64,000 nt of DNA from positions 1,280,001 through 1,344,000 of the forward strand of contig OZ244188.1 in NCBI GenBank assembly GCA_965216635.1, written 5' to 3'. This DNA is from a bacterium (lineage in GTDB: Bacteria; SAR324; XYD2-FULL-50-16; G965216635). The translations under genes and the position numbers were made by a program. The notes under the pieces are model-generated. The model was not told the DNA's origin, made no database searches, and saw nothing but the letters and a program-made list of their open reading frames with translations. Below are positions 41,001 to 51,676 of this stretch, in pieces (the first letter of the stretch is position 1; each line of letters begins with the position of its first letter).

Positions 41001-43532
41001 CTAAATTTTTTCTAAACTTCTATCGTGATGTAAGGAAATTAAAATATCTATAAAAGTAGTTCTTAATTTTCTTAATTGGATAATGTTAATATTTGATGCA
41101 TCTAGTTGCCCGCTATCTATAATATGTTGGAATACTTGACCCACTGTTTTGGTGACATTGATTTTATTGGGTTTTTTAAGAGAACGTACAGATACTTCAG
41201 AGTTATCAGCTAACATAACAATAGCTGTTTCAAGGTCCCTAGGAGGAGACATAGGATATTGAAAATAGGTTTCAGAAATTTTTTTATCGGAGTTTTCCTT
41301 CAGAGCTTTTTCATAAAAAAATCGGACTGTGGCATTGCCGTGGTGATTGGTAATAATATCTACCATTCTTTTGCCTAGTTTGAATTTTTTTGCCATTTGA
41401 ATACCATATATCACATGGTTGATGATTTTTTTAGCCGATTCTTTTGGAGAAATTTTTTCGTGCATTGAAGGAATCAAATCTTTTTGATTTTCATTAAAAT
41501 ATTGAGGCTCTATGGCTTTGCCTATATCGTGATAATAAGCCCCTATTTTTGCTAGTAGCAGGTTAGCTCCTATTTTTTGAGCTCCTGATTCTGCCAAGCT
41601 ACCCACAATAATAGCGTGCTGATAGGTACCGGGAGCTCTATTTTGTAGATATTTTAATAATGGATGATTCAAGTTAGAAAGTTCCAACAATTTAAGTTGC
41701 GTACTTACTCCAAAAATTTGTTCAAGAATCGGTAGTAAAATTACACTAAAAAATGTTGCTAAAATCCCCCCCATAAAAGCGGATATCACAGATGCTAATA
41801 AATCGGGGGGTAAGCCTTTTGAAGAGAGGATTTCTACAAAAAAAAGAATACCTGTATTGGCAATGGCTACAATAAATCCCTTTTTGAAAAGATCAAAACG
41901 AGTATGTAAAGAGGTTAAAGTCAAACAGGCAATACTAGAACTAAGCCAACAAAAAATAAAAAAATAAAGATTTTCTTCCAAATAAAGAGTAATACATAAT
42001 GCACTCAAAAACACATTGGGAATATTTATCCTAAAATTTGTTAAGGCACCGCAAAGCATCACACTTAATACCACTGGGAGTGCATAAATATAGCTAGAAA
42101 GAGAAAAGAATTGATATTGGGTAGCGAGCAATTCAAAAATTTCTTTTACTGAATAGATGATAATGAGGTTGACAGCCAAAGAAATAAGTAAAATCACAAA
42201 ATTTTCATAAAAAACTGTTGTAAATCCACGATACAATTTTAAAGATACAAAAACAATAATAATGACTAGCAGTAACACTGCTCCTATAGATAAGGTGTAA
42301 AGAACTCCTTTGCCTTGGTTGATAGCAGAAAAATAGCCTGCAATTAAATTTGCCTCTTCTACGGTTATGGATTTACCTTTTTCAGCTAAAATTTCTCCTT
42401 TTTTAATATTCCTAAATACGGTGCTACCTTCGTTAATCACTTCTTTTCTATGATATTCCAATTTTTGTTTATTCTCAAAACTAGTAGCTATAAGTAATTT
42501 TGATGTTAAAATTAAAGCAAAACGTTTGAGTTGTGGAGAGCTATTTTCAGGGGATATTTCTTCAATATACTTGTTCAAGGTATCTTCAGCTTCTTCTAAG
42601 TCAATAAATTGCGTTTGACTTGGATTGGCTAAAAAATTATTCGTTTCTAAATTAAATACTTGAATGTTTTTATTTTTATTATTGTTTTTTAAAATTTCTT
42701 TGGAAGAAAGAATATAAGATCTATCAAAAAATCGCAATAAATCTACAATTCTATTTTTTAAAAGACTGTAATCCGACAACTCTTGTAGGAAAAACACAAC
42801 TTCTTGATCAAATTCAAGGTCTAGGTCTTGAAATAGCACTCCTAAATTATTTTCTTGATTGTTTTTAAAATTTGTTTCAAAATCTTTATCTTTCTTTTTT
42901 AATTCTACTAGATTGAGACGAATATTTTCTTTCTTTGTCACAGAGATTTCTTCTTGGGATTTTAAATTTTGAAGCTTTTGTTCTCCAGAAAGTAGTTGAT
43001 GTCTGCTCTGTTCATCAATGAGTTTTAAAGATGCGAGATACTTTTTTATGATTCTCTGTTCTCTTTTTACAAGCACGAGGGTGGCTGTGTTTTCTACATA
43101 GTCTTGAGTAAGTTTGAGTTTTTCTTCTACAAAAAGCCTTCTCTGATCTAAAAGCTCTTGGTTTCTTTTAGAAAACTTATCAAAGGCTGTATTAATATTT
43201 TCAATTAATCTTTGATAAGCAAGAGGATCGTAATCTAAAAAAATCCCTAATTTACTAAGACTGCTGCCTATTTTAAAATTGGTAGCATCTTTATCTTTTA
43301 CCAAAATATCATAATCAGATACGATATCCTGAGTGATAAGAGTGCCCTCCTTAGGAGTTGTGTTTAAGAAATTGAATTTAGGAATAAGGATAAATATTAT
43401 GAGAAAAACGCAAAAAATAGAGATGAATTTACTAATGAAAATCCTTTTATTCTCCTTTTCTTGTGAATCTGAATTCAACTCATCAAGCTCTAATAAGTTG
43501 AGAGTTTTATTTCCAATTTGGACCTGTTCCAT
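41001..43532 (-). CDS. 7TM-HD phosphohydrolase (PgpH/HDIG-like)
   Basis: Large extracytoplasmic region, multi-TM block, APGTYQH, YYHDIGK, HHG, MLAD. Confidence 0.88.
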   Translation of the reverse strand: MEQVQIGNKTLNLLELDELNSDSQEKENKRIFISKFISIFCVFLIIFILIPKFNFLNTTPKEGTLITQDIVSDYDILVKDKDATNFKIGSSLSKLGIFLDYDPLAYQRLIENINTAFDKFSKRNQELLDQRRLFVEEKLKLTQDYVENTATLVLVKREQRIIKKYLASLKLIDEQSRHQLLSGEQKLQNLKSQEEISVTKKENIRLNLVELKKKDKDFETNFKNNQENNLGVLFQDLDLEFDQEVVFFLQELSDYSLLKNRIVDLLRFFDRSYILSSKEILKNNNKNKNIQVFNLETNNFLANPSQTQFIDLEEAEDTLNKYIEEISPENSSPQLKRFALILTSKLLIATSFENKQKLEYHRKEVINEGSTVFRNIKKGEILAEKGKSITVEEANLIAGYFSAINQGKGVLYTLSIGAVLLLVIIIVFVSLKLYRGFTTVFYENFVILLISLAVNLIIIYSVKEIFELLATQYQFFSLSSYIYALPVVLSVMLCGALTNFRINIPNVFLSALCITLYLEENLYFFIFCWLSSSIACLTLTSLHTRFDLFKKGFIVAIANTGILFFVEILSSKGLPPDLLASVISAFMGGILATFFSVILLPILEQIFGVSTQLKLLELSNLNHPLLKYLQNRAPGTYQHAIIVGSLAESGAQKIGANLLLAKIGAYYHDIGKAIEPQYFNENQKDLIPSMHEKISPKESAKKIINHVIYGIQMAKKFKLGKRMVDIITNHHGNATVRFFYEKALKENSDKKISETYFQYPMSPPRDLETAIVMLADNSEVSVRSLKKPNKINVTKTVGQVFQHIIDSGQLDASNINIIQLRKLRTTFIDILISLHHDRSLEKI

Positions 43533-43585
43533 AACCTTATTATAAATTTTGGTAAGCTAAATTTTTAAAAGCTAAATTTTGGTAA

Positions 43586-43819
43586 GAGACTATTGAATTA
43601 GGCATTATGGGAAGTACTTCAAGAGTTAAAAATTTTTTTCAATGCCGTAGTAAAAAACACTACAAAACTTAAAGTTAACACAATATAGACTGCAAAAGAG
43701 CCAAATGGTTATACCAGAGGCTCTTTTGCTAAAGCCTGTATAGGGTGAAAGCAATAAGCTTGTTTGGCTAAACAGAATGCAAATTCAAAAGTCTATAGAA
43801 TGTCTAATTCAACAGTCTC
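43586..43819. mobile_element. Nested MITE-like element, copy 9 (234 bp) with two stacked right ends
   Basis: GAGACTATTGAATTAGGCATT left end; inner AAATTCAAAAGTCTA, then outer AATGTCTAATTCAACAGTCTC; flanks TGGTAA/TGGTAG. Confidence 0.88.
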
Positions 43820-44874
43820 TGGTAGACTTTCAAACCTTGCTTCAAGGCTGCCACACTTATTTTTTCATTTTTTTGGTGCGCCTCCTTAGGATCACCAGGA
43901 CCCAAGTTTAGAGCATCTATCCCTTCTAAGCCTAATCTAGCAATATCAGTCCAAGCCTGTTTAGGTTGTAATGATAGAGCAAATTGTTCTTGAATGCTAC
44001 TCACAATTTCATTTTTTTTAATTATCTTTCCCGCTGGCGAATGAGTAATGATAGATAACTCATCTACCTTATCTTTGAGATATTTGTGTAAAATTGCTTC
44101 TGCTTGTAAAGGCTCTTTGTCGGGAGCGTAGCGATAATTTAAAGTAAAAATAATTTCACTGGGTATTATGTTTGCTAGCTTGCCTCCTTTCACCGTAGTA
44201 GCAGAAAGAACTTCATAAAAATCTATTCCCGCCAAAGATACTTTTTCAGGTTGCTTTTTTTCTAAAAATTGTAACAATTTCCACGCTTTATGGATTGCAT
44301 TTTTTCCTTCCCAAGGGCGAGCAATATGACCGCTTTTTCCTAAAATACTCGCTTCCGCTGTAATTGAACCTACACATCCTAGTTGAATTTGGTTGTCCGT
44401 CGGCTCTAATACAAAAGCTAGTTTCGCAAGTTTTAATTTTTCGCTCAATCCATTTTTATCAGCAAAAACAGCATTCAACCCGTTTTGTTTGTAATCGCCT
44501 TCTTCTCCGTCGTAAAAAATAAATTGATAATTGTAGGCTAAATTTTCTTTAATTTCAATTTCAGCCATCAACTGCATCATAATAGCCAAACCTCCTTTCA
44601 TATCACTAGCTCCACAGCCATAGATAAAATCACCCTTTTGTCCGATCTCCCGTTCCTGCTGATTTTGGACTGTATCCAAATGCCCATAAAAAGCTAAAGT
44701 AATCTTTGTATTTTCTATAGGCTTTGAAAAATAACAAACCGTATTCCCTTTTTCAATAGCTTGGAACCTCTGAAAAGAAGAAAAATAGTCTTTAACATAA
44801 AACTTAATTTCTTGCTCGTTGCCAGTTTCACTAGGAATTTTAAGTAGTTGAATTAAAGTATTTTCTATATTCAT
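43804..44874 (-). CDS. dapE: Succinyl-diaminopimelate desuccinylase-like M20 peptidase
   Basis: GHLDTV, GCGASDMKGG, YDGEE, WTDIARL, GPGDPKEAHQKNE. Confidence 0.8.
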   Translation of the reverse strand: MNIENTLIQLLKIPSETGNEQEIKFYVKDYFSSFQRFQAIEKGNTVCYFSKPIENTKITLAFYGHLDTVQNQQEREIGQKGDFIYGCGASDMKGGLAIMMQLMAEIEIKENLAYNYQFIFYDGEEGDYKQNGLNAVFADKNGLSEKLKLAKLAFVLEPTDNQIQLGCVGSITAEASILGKSGHIARPWEGKNAIHKAWKLLQFLEKKQPEKVSLAGIDFYEVLSATTVKGGKLANIIPSEIIFTLNYRYAPDKEPLQAEAILHKYLKDKVDELSIITHSPAGKIIKKNEIVSSIQEQFALSLQPKQAWTDIARLGLEGIDALNLGPGDPKEAHQKNEKISVAALKQGLKVYQRLLN

Positions 44875-44878
44875 AAAG

Positions 44879-45769
44879 TTAACCTCTAACAACTAGAGTT
44901 CCCACCCCTACTCTACTGAAAAGCTCTCCTATAATAGGATGTTTATGTTTTCCACTCACAATATAAACTTTATTCACATTTCCTTTAAAACATTCCATCA
45001 TAGCTTCAATTTTAGGAAGCATGCCTCCAGTAATCCTCCCTTTTGTTATTAACTTTTGAACTCCAATGTGAGTAATAGTAGAAATCAGTTCATCTCCATC
45101 CATTAAACCCTCTACATCTGTCAAAAATAAAACTCTTGTAGCTCCAACGCTAATGGCAATGGCAGCTGCTACATTGTCTGCATTGATATTGTAAGTTTGA
45201 TTGTCTTCTCCGATACCTATAGGTGAGATGACTGGAACATAATCACTCGTTAACAAAAATTCTAGCATCTTTGTGTTGATTTTTACAATTTCTCCTACAA
45301 AACCAATATCTTGCCCTTTGTGATATTTTTTTTTGGCTATGATTGTTTTGCCATCCTTTCCGCTTAAACCAACAGCTGCAATTCCAAAATTGTTTAGACG
45401 CCCAACAATATTTTTATTGACCTTTCCAGACAAAACCATCTCTGTTAATTTCAAAGTTTCTTCATCTGTTACCCTTTGTCCATCTACAAATTTTGTTTCT
45501 ATTCCTCTGAGTTTTGTTTCTTCTGTAATACTAGGACCACCACCGTGCACTATGATAGGTTTCACACCCGATTTTTGTAGAATAGATATATCATCTAAAA
45601 TATTGCTCTCAAAACTATCGGTTTTGAAAGTAGAACCTCCATATTTGATCACAATAATTTGGTTATAAAATTGATGCATAATTTTTTGCACCTCAGCAAC
45701 CAGTTGAGTTCTTTCTTTAAGTTCAATTCTATCTAAAATATTATCAGCACTTCTTTGTTGAAATTTCAT
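44879..45769 (-). CDS. argB: Acetylglutamate kinase
   Basis: VIKYGG, VHGGGP, YNINAD, LTDVEG, GGMLPK. Confidence 0.95.
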   Translation of the reverse strand: MKFQQRSADNILDRIELKERTQLVAEVQKIMHQFYNQIIVIKYGGSTFKTDSFESNILDDISILQKSGVKPIIVHGGGPSITEETKLRGIETKFVDGQRVTDEETLKLTEMVLSGKVNKNIVGRLNNFGIAAVGLSGKDGKTIIAKKKYHKGQDIGFVGEIVKINTKMLEFLLTSDYVPVISPIGIGEDNQTYNINADNVAAAIAISVGATRVLFLTDVEGLMDGDELISTITHIGVQKLITKGRITGGMLPKIEAMMECFKGNVNKVYIVSGKHKHPIIGELFSRVGVGTLVVRG

Positions 45770-45790
45770 TATTTTTTGTTGTTGCTATGA

Positions 45791-46819
45791 TTAACTTCGT
45801 AACAAAAGCTTAAATTTTCTTACAACTGACCTCAAAAACTTAGATCTTCGTAGACTGGCCCTAATAATTTTTTTAAAAAATATAAATTTTAAAGCTCGTT
45901 TGATACGCCTGCGTCCACCTGTGGTTTTTGAGAACGGTGCTGGAGAACCAAGTTTTATTCGCTCTACAATCTGCTCTATCCTCTCTAATATTGCTTCAGG
46001 AGATATTTCAAATAATTTAGAATCTGGCAATACTGGAGGTTGTTTAATATACTCTTGATAAAGTGCAGGATTATTTTCAATCTCAATGATCCGTTTTATC
46101 ACATCATCAAAATTTTTGTAATCGTGGACGTTAATCATAGACTTAGGATTGAAATACTCACCAATTCTTGGATGTCCCCAATAGATAGGGATACTGCCAG
46201 CCATCAGTGCCTGTGGTAATTTTTCAGCCATAAAGTGAGGTTGACTTGTATTTTCAAAACAAATAGTAAAGCGGTAGTGTTTTAAGAATTGTAGTTTATT
46301 TTGATCTCTGGTGAGTTTTGGATTATCTGGCGAAGACATATTGTTTAATACTATTCCAGGGCAATCCACATTTTTAAACTGCATCAGTTGTTGGCAAAAC
46401 CGAACACGAGTTAAGGGGCCTGCCCATCTTTGGAAAAAGTTACAAAACCGCTCTTTAGGGTGAGTTTTTAGTTTATCACAATAATTTGATTTATTATACA
46501 ACCATTCTTGAAAATGTTCTTCAATTACAAAATAGTAGAAATGAAAATTTGTATTATCTGTGGGTAAACCGCTAAAATAATAGTCACATAAACTATGAGC
46601 CTGATCTGGAGGTTCTAGGTTTATCAAACATTTCATACAATCATAGCGGAGGTGGTGAGCAATTGGATAGTAACTTACAGAACAAAACAATAAGTCAGGA
46701 TTTTGGCTATATTCCAAATCGTATTTGGTTCTTAATAAATCAAAAAATCCGGGTAAATACCCCCATTTTGTTTCCTCCCAAAAATCTACTAAAGCAATTT
46801 TTAGTTTTTCTTTAAGCAT
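45791..46819 (-). CDS. Alpha-1,3/4-fucosyltransferase-like protein (GT10)
   Basis: GT10 motif FLKHYRFTICFENTSQPHFMAEKL...AGSIPIYWG. Confidence 0.85.
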   Translation of the reverse strand: MLKEKLKIALVDFWEETKWGYLPGFFDLLRTKYDLEYSQNPDLLFCSVSYYPIAHHLRYDCMKCLINLEPPDQAHSLCDYYFSGLPTDNTNFHFYYFVIEEHFQEWLYNKSNYCDKLKTHPKERFCNFFQRWAGPLTRVRFCQQLMQFKNVDCPGIVLNNMSSPDNPKLTRDQNKLQFLKHYRFTICFENTSQPHFMAEKLPQALMAGSIPIYWGHPRIGEYFNPKSMINVHDYKNFDDVIKRIIEIENNPALYQEYIKQPPVLPDSKLFEISPEAILERIEQIVERIKLGSPAPFSKTTGGRRRIKRALKFIFFKKIIRASLRRSKFLRSVVRKFKLLLRS

Positions 46820-46828
46820 TAGTTTATT

Positions 46829-46883
46829 TAGACCTTTGAATTTGCCTAATAGAACAAAACTAGCTGTGACGGCTAGGCAAGGC
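46829..46883. mobile_element. One-ended fragment of the MITE-like family
   Basis: TAGACCTTTGAATTTGCCTAATAGAACAAAACTAGCTGTGACGGCTAGGCAAGGC; no matching right end. Confidence 0.8.
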
Positions 46884-47009
46884 TCTCTCTCTTGATTTTG
46901 TATAACCTACCGAAGGAATTTTTTGTCTCCCAAAGCATCACTCGCTACACTAAAAAAATGAATATCCCGATTCTTGTTGTATAATTTGTGGTTTTGTCCA
47001 AAAATAGAC

Positions 47010-47082
47010 TGGCGAGGGAGAGAATTGAACTCCCGACACAGGGATTTTCAGTCCCTTGCTCTACCGACTGAGCTACCTCGCC
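47010..47082 (-). tRNA. tRNA-Phe (GAA), CCA not encoded
   Basis: Reverse complement GGCGAGGTAGCTCAGTCGGTAGAGCAAGGGACTGAAAATCCCTGTGTCGGGAGTTCAATTCTCTCCCTCGCCA folds as a cloverleaf. Confidence 0.97.
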
Positions 47083-47205
47083 TGAATTGAAATTATAAAA
47101 GACTAATCTTTAAAAGACAATCTAAAAAATTAAGAAAATCTATTTTAAAAAAAAATTAATTTTTTTCTTGCTTTTTTTTTATTTTTATACTAGTAATCTA
47201 TTCTA

Positions 47206-47354
47206 TAGACCTTTGAATTTGCATTATGTGGGCTAGGCAAGGCGAAAAAATTTTTTAGCTCGCTAGAATACTGAAGAACATTCTTCACAAATGGCAAGAG
47301 TTAAAAAATTTTTTCAATGCCGTAGGCTAAACAGAACGCAAATTCAAAAGTCTA
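47206..47354. mobile_element. Modular MITE-like element, copy 10 (149 bp)
   Basis: TAGACCTTTGAATTTGC...GCAAATTCAAAAGTCTA; flanks TTCTA/TTTTA. Confidence 0.9.
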
Positions 47355-47387
47355 TTTTATTCATTTAAACCTAAACCATACATTAAA

Positions 47388-48506
47388 ATGAAATTAAAAA
47401 TAAGCGTATTATTAGCGACTTTTAGTCTGCTTTTTACGTCCACTGCATTTTCTGCAGATATTAAGATAGGAATTGCGGGACCTTTAACTGGAGCCTATGC
47501 TGCTTTTGGCGAGCAGTTGACAAGAGGAGCCCAAAAGGCTGTTGATGATATTAACGCCAAAGGCGGTATCAAAGGTAAGAAAATTGTGTTGATTCAAGGA
47601 GACGATCAATGCGATCCAAAACAAGCGATCAATGTAGCTAACAAATTAGTAGATCAAGATAAAGTTGTTGCTATAATTGGACACTTTTGTTCTTCCAGTA
47701 CTATCCCAGCCTCTGAAGTTTATGACGAAGCTGGTATTTTGCAAATTACTCCAGCATCTACAAACCCTAAGGTAACGGATAGAGGACTACCCAATATCTT
47801 TAGAACCTGCGGTAGAGACGATCAACAAGGACAAGTAGCTGGAAAATTTATAGCAAAAACACTCAAAGCAAAAAGAGTAGCTGTAATTCACGATAAAGAT
47901 ACCTACGGACAGGGTTTAGCAGATGCTACAAAATCCTATCTCAATAAGAATGGAATCAAAGAAGTTCTCTACGAAGGTTTGACTCGCGGTGAGAAAGACT
48001 TCAACGCTCTAGCTACAAAGATCAAAGGAGCAAGAGCAGACCTTGTCTATTTTGGAGGTTTGCACGCAGAAGCTGGAGTATTGGTCAAACAACTCCGAGA
48101 GCAAGGATGGGACGGTCCTTTTGTTTCTGGAGATGGTATTGCATCCGCTGAGTTTGTAGATGTAGTTGGAGGAAAAAAAAATACTAGGAATGTATTCCTT
48201 ACTTTTTTAAAAGACCCTGCTTCAGACAAGAAAAACAGAAAGATTATAGCATCATTCCAAACAGATGGTTATGATCCGGAAGGTTTTACTCTTTATGCTT
48301 ACGCCGCAGTTCAAGTACTTGCTAAAGCAATTGCTAAAGTAGGAACCAATGGAGATAAACTATCTAAACATTTGAAATCTAAAGGATTCAATACAGTATT
48401 GGGTAGAATCAACTTTGATTCCAAAGGAGATCCTAAATCCTCTGCCTTTATTCCTTATAAATGGGGTAAAAACAAAACTGGTAAATTTACCTATATTGGT
48501 TACTAG
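47388..48506 (+). CDS. livK: Branched-chain amino acid ABC transporter substrate-binding protein
   Basis: IKIGIAGPLTG, DDQCDPKQA, GHFCSSSTIPAS. Confidence 0.9.
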   Translation: MKLKISVLLATFSLLFTSTAFSADIKIGIAGPLTGAYAAFGEQLTRGAQKAVDDINAKGGIKGKKIVLIQGDDQCDPKQAINVANKLVDQDKVVAIIGHFCSSSTIPASEVYDEAGILQITPASTNPKVTDRGLPNIFRTCGRDDQQGQVAGKFIAKTLKAKRVAVIHDKDTYGQGLADATKSYLNKNGIKEVLYEGLTRGEKDFNALATKIKGARADLVYFGGLHAEAGVLVKQLREQGWDGPFVSGDGIASAEFVDVVGGKKNTRNVFLTFLKDPASDKKNRKIIASFQTDGYDPEGFTLYAYAAVQVLAKAIAKVGTNGDKLSKHLKSKGFNTVLGRINFDSKGDPKSSAFIPYKWGKNKTGKFTYIGY

Positions 48507-48519
48507 AATCGGCTAAAAA

Positions 48520-48546
48520 CTAGGGAGACTTTGTCCGTTTCCCTAG
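48520..48546 (+). terminator. Intergenic hairpin after livK (attenuating or stabilising stem)
   Basis: CTAGGGAGAC-N7-GTTTCCCTAG with only a short U tract. Confidence 0.45.
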
Positions 48547-48562
48547 CCCTTTCACTAAATTT

Positions 48563-49480
48563 ATGGATTTTTATATTATTGCTCAGCAGATAGTTAATGG
48601 ATTAGCACTTGGGAGTATCTACGGTTTAATTGCTGTAGGCTATACTATGGTCTATGGTATTATAGGTATGATTAATTTTGCCCACGGTGATATTTATATG
48701 GTTTCTGCTTACCTAACTGCAATTAGTATCGCACTACTTGCGTTTCTAGGCATTACCATTCTTCCTTTAGTACTACTTTTGACGCTACTAGCAGCAGTTG
48801 TTCTCACTTCTGTTTATGGTTATGTAGTAGAAAGAGTAGCCTATAGACCTCTGCGTAAATCTACCAAATTATCCCAACTCATTTCTGCAATAGGTATGTC
48901 TTTGGTTTTACAAAATTTTGTACAACTTAGTCAAGGTGCTAGGAGCAAAGGTGTTCCTCCTTTAGTAGAAGGTCATATTCGTGTAGGAGATGTAGAAAAT
49001 TTTACACAGATCACCTATATTCAATTAGTAATTATCGTAGCCGCTGTTGCGGGTATGATTATCTTGAGTTATATCATTAACAAAACCAAGCTAGGAAGAG
49101 AATGTAGAGCAACTCAACAAGACGCAGCCATTGCTAGAGTTTTTGGAATCAATGTAGATAGAGCTGTAGCTATAACCTTTATTATTGGATCCTTTATGGC
49201 TGGTTTGGCTGGTTTTTTGGTAACTCTCAATTATGGTTCTTTTGATTTTTACATAGGTTTTATTATAGGAATCAAGGCTTTTACAGCAGCGGTGCTTGGC
49301 GGAATTGGTTCGTTGCCCGGCGCCATTTTGGGAGGCGTTGTATTGGGCATGAGCGAATCCTTATTTGCAGGATTTGTCAATACAGATTACAAAGATGTTT
49401 TTGCTTTTTTTATTTTGGTGACAGTTATGGTTTTTAAGCCTACTGGGTTTTTGGGTAAACCAGAAGTAGAAAAAGTCTAA
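48563..49480 (+). CDS. livH: Branched-chain amino acid ABC permease
   Basis: GSIYGLIAVGYTMVYGIIGMINFAHG, KAFTAAVLGGIG. Confidence 0.93.
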   Translation: MDFYIIAQQIVNGLALGSIYGLIAVGYTMVYGIIGMINFAHGDIYMVSAYLTAISIALLAFLGITILPLVLLLTLLAAVVLTSVYGYVVERVAYRPLRKSTKLSQLISAIGMSLVLQNFVQLSQGARSKGVPPLVEGHIRVGDVENFTQITYIQLVIIVAAVAGMIILSYIINKTKLGRECRATQQDAAIARVFGINVDRAVAITFIIGSFMAGLAGFLVTLNYGSFDFYIGFIIGIKAFTAAVLGGIGSLPGAILGGVVLGMSESLFAGFVNTDYKDVFAFFILVTVMVFKPTGFLGKPEVEKV

Positions 49481-49491
49481 TATAATTAAGA

Positions 49492-50778
49492 GTGCAAAAA
49501 AACAAAATAGATTTCGTCCACTGTTTTAAAGACGCCTTTCTTGCGGGACTACTTGCTTTACTCATTTTCATACCCATTCGCGGTATGTTACTAGATGGTT
49601 GGGAGCTAAAATTTCAATTTTTTTATCCTCTTCTTTTCAGCGGCATTATTTTTTGTGCTCGCCTCCTACTCAATATAAGCTACCAGATAAAATTTGTAGC
49701 CAATATTTTAAAAAAAGTATTTAGTCAAAAAATCTTGGGAGTTGTAGTGGAAAGTGAAAAGAAGAAATACACAAATACCGTAATCATAACTGTCCTTTTC
49801 GTTATAGCTCTGATTTTTCCTTTTGTAGCTTCTAAATATTGGATTGCTGTAATGACACTTGCCTTTATCTACATACTACTAGGCTTGGGCTTGAACATAG
49901 TAGTAGGTATGGCTGGAATGCTAGATTTAGGCTTTGTCGCCTTTTACGCAGTAGGAGCTTACAGTCTAGGTCTGCTGCACCAATACCTAGAACTTGGTTT
50001 TTGGTCTATTATTCCTATTGCAATTATTATTTCCGGTTTTACAGGTGTTATTTTAGGATTTCCAGTACTTCGTATGCACGGCGATTATCTCGCTATTGTC
50101 ACACTAGGTTTCGGAGAAATTATACGGCTAGTGCTCAATAACTGGCTTGAATTTACAGGAGGTCCCAATGGTTTGGCTACTCCTAGGATTAATCTTTTTG
50201 GGCTTGAATTTAAAAAACGATCAGAAAACAGTTTTTTTGATTATTTCGGTATTGAATTTGGAGATACAATACTCGGGATTTCTACCAGAAATTTTGGAGC
50301 TATTTTTCTCTATCTAGTGGCATTACTTTTTGTCATAATGGTTATTTTTTTCGTTGTCCGCTTAAGTAAAATGCCTTTAGGAAGAGCCTGGGAGGCGCTA
50401 AGAGAAGATCAAATTGCTTGTCAATCCTTAGGGTTAAATCATGTTACAGTAAAATTAACTGCCTTTTGTTTTGGAGCCTGTATTGGTGGTTTGGCAGGAG
50501 TCTTTTTTGGAGCTTTACAGGGTTTCATCAATCCCAGTTCTTTTAATTTTTTTGAATCGGCGCTCATTGTAGCAATCGTAGTCTTAGGGGGTTTGGGCTC
50601 CATACCGGGTGTTGTTGTAGCTGCAATTTTATTTACGGTACTACCAGAAATTTTTAGAGCTTTTTCTGACTTTAGAGTTCTAGTTTTTGGATTTATCATG
50701 GTAATTATGATGATTTGGAGACCTAAGGGGTTGTTGAGAGTAGTTCGCACTAGGTTTGCATATAAGAAACAAAATTGA
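49492..50778 (+). CDS. livM: Branched-chain amino acid ABC permease
   Basis: GLNIVVGMAGMLDLG, GDYLAIVTLGFGEI. Confidence 0.93.
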   Translation: MQKNKIDFVHCFKDAFLAGLLALLIFIPIRGMLLDGWELKFQFFYPLLFSGIIFCARLLLNISYQIKFVANILKKVFSQKILGVVVESEKKKYTNTVIITVLFVIALIFPFVASKYWIAVMTLAFIYILLGLGLNIVVGMAGMLDLGFVAFYAVGAYSLGLLHQYLELGFWSIIPIAIIISGFTGVILGFPVLRMHGDYLAIVTLGFGEIIRLVLNNWLEFTGGPNGLATPRINLFGLEFKKRSENSFFDYFGIEFGDTILGISTRNFGAIFLYLVALLFVIMVIFFVVRLSKMPLGRAWEALREDQIACQSLGLNHVTVKLTAFCFGACIGGLAGVFFGALQGFINPSSFNFFESALIVAIVVLGGLGSIPGVVVAAILFTVLPEIFRAFSDFRVLVFGFIMVIMMIWRPKGLLRVVRTRFAYKKQN

Positions 50779-50782
50779 CAAA

Positions 50783-51676
50783 ATGGCAGAAAATATTTTA
50801 ACAATTAAAAATTTAGGTATTAACTTTGGAGGGATTGTAGCTTTAGATAAAGTAAGTTTTGATGTCCAAGAAGCCTCTATTACCTCTTTAATAGGACCCA
50901 ATGGTGCGGGAAAAACAACTCTTTTTAATTGCCTTACTGGATTTTATAAAGCAACAACAGGGGAGTTGATTTTTGCTTCTAAAAATGGGGAAATGAATAT
51001 TAAAAAAGTATTGGGAGAAAAGTTCACCAAACAGGATATTTACAATCCTTTTAGAATGTTAGAAAAATTAAGATACAAAATGTTTGGAGGGGTGCATGTG
51101 GTAGTCCGCGGTGGTTTGGCTAGAACTTTTCAAAATATCCGTCTTTTTAGAGGAATGACTGTGCTAGAAAACCTTTTGGTAGCCCAACATCATAGTTTGA
51201 ATCTAAATTTAATTTCAGGAGTTATACAGACTGCTAACTATAAAAAAAAAGAACGAGCAGCTGTAGACAAAGCCTATCAGATTTTAGATATGCTGCACCT
51301 TACAAATGATGCCAATGCGATTTCTTCCTCTCTGCCTTATGGAAAAGAAAAAAAAGTAGAAATTGCAAGGTCTCTGTGTGGTGATAAACTAAAAGTAATT
51401 TGCTTAGATGAACCAGCCGCTGGATTAAACTCTGTGGAAACTGAAGAATTAAGCAAAACAATCCAAGACATTAGAGATAAACTAAAAATCACCATTTTTT
51501 TAATTGAACACGACATGTCCTTAGTAATGGATATTTCGGACTATGTAATCGTTTTAGATCACGGCAAAGTAATTGCGAAAGGAAAACCAAAAGTAATTCG
51601 TAATGATCCCAAGGTGATTGAGGCTTATTTGGGTAGTGAGGCCGTGCAAGAAAAACCAAAAAAAACAAAAAAATAG
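50783..51676 (+). CDS. livG: Branched-chain amino acid ABC ATPase
   Basis: GPNGAGKTT, RTFQNIRLF, LDEPAAG, IEHDM. Confidence 0.93.
   Translation: MAENILTIKNLGINFGGIVALDKVSFDVQEASITSLIGPNGAGKTTLFNCLTGFYKATTGELIFASKNGEMNIKKVLGEKFTKQDIYNPFRMLEKLRYKMFGGVHVVVRGGLARTFQNIRLFRGMTVLENLLVAQHHSLNLNLISGVIQTANYKKKERAAVDKAYQILDMLHLTNDANAISSSLPYGKEKKVEIARSLCGDKLKVICLDEPAAGLNSVETEELSKTIQDIRDKLKITIFLIEHDMSLVMDISDYVIVLDHGKVIAKGKPKVIRNDPKVIEAYLGSEAVQEKPKKTKK

Noticed and set aside
46884..47009. tRNA-Phe-anchored island carrying the fucosyltransferase
   Set aside because: No duplicated tRNA 3' end and no integrase seen in the window
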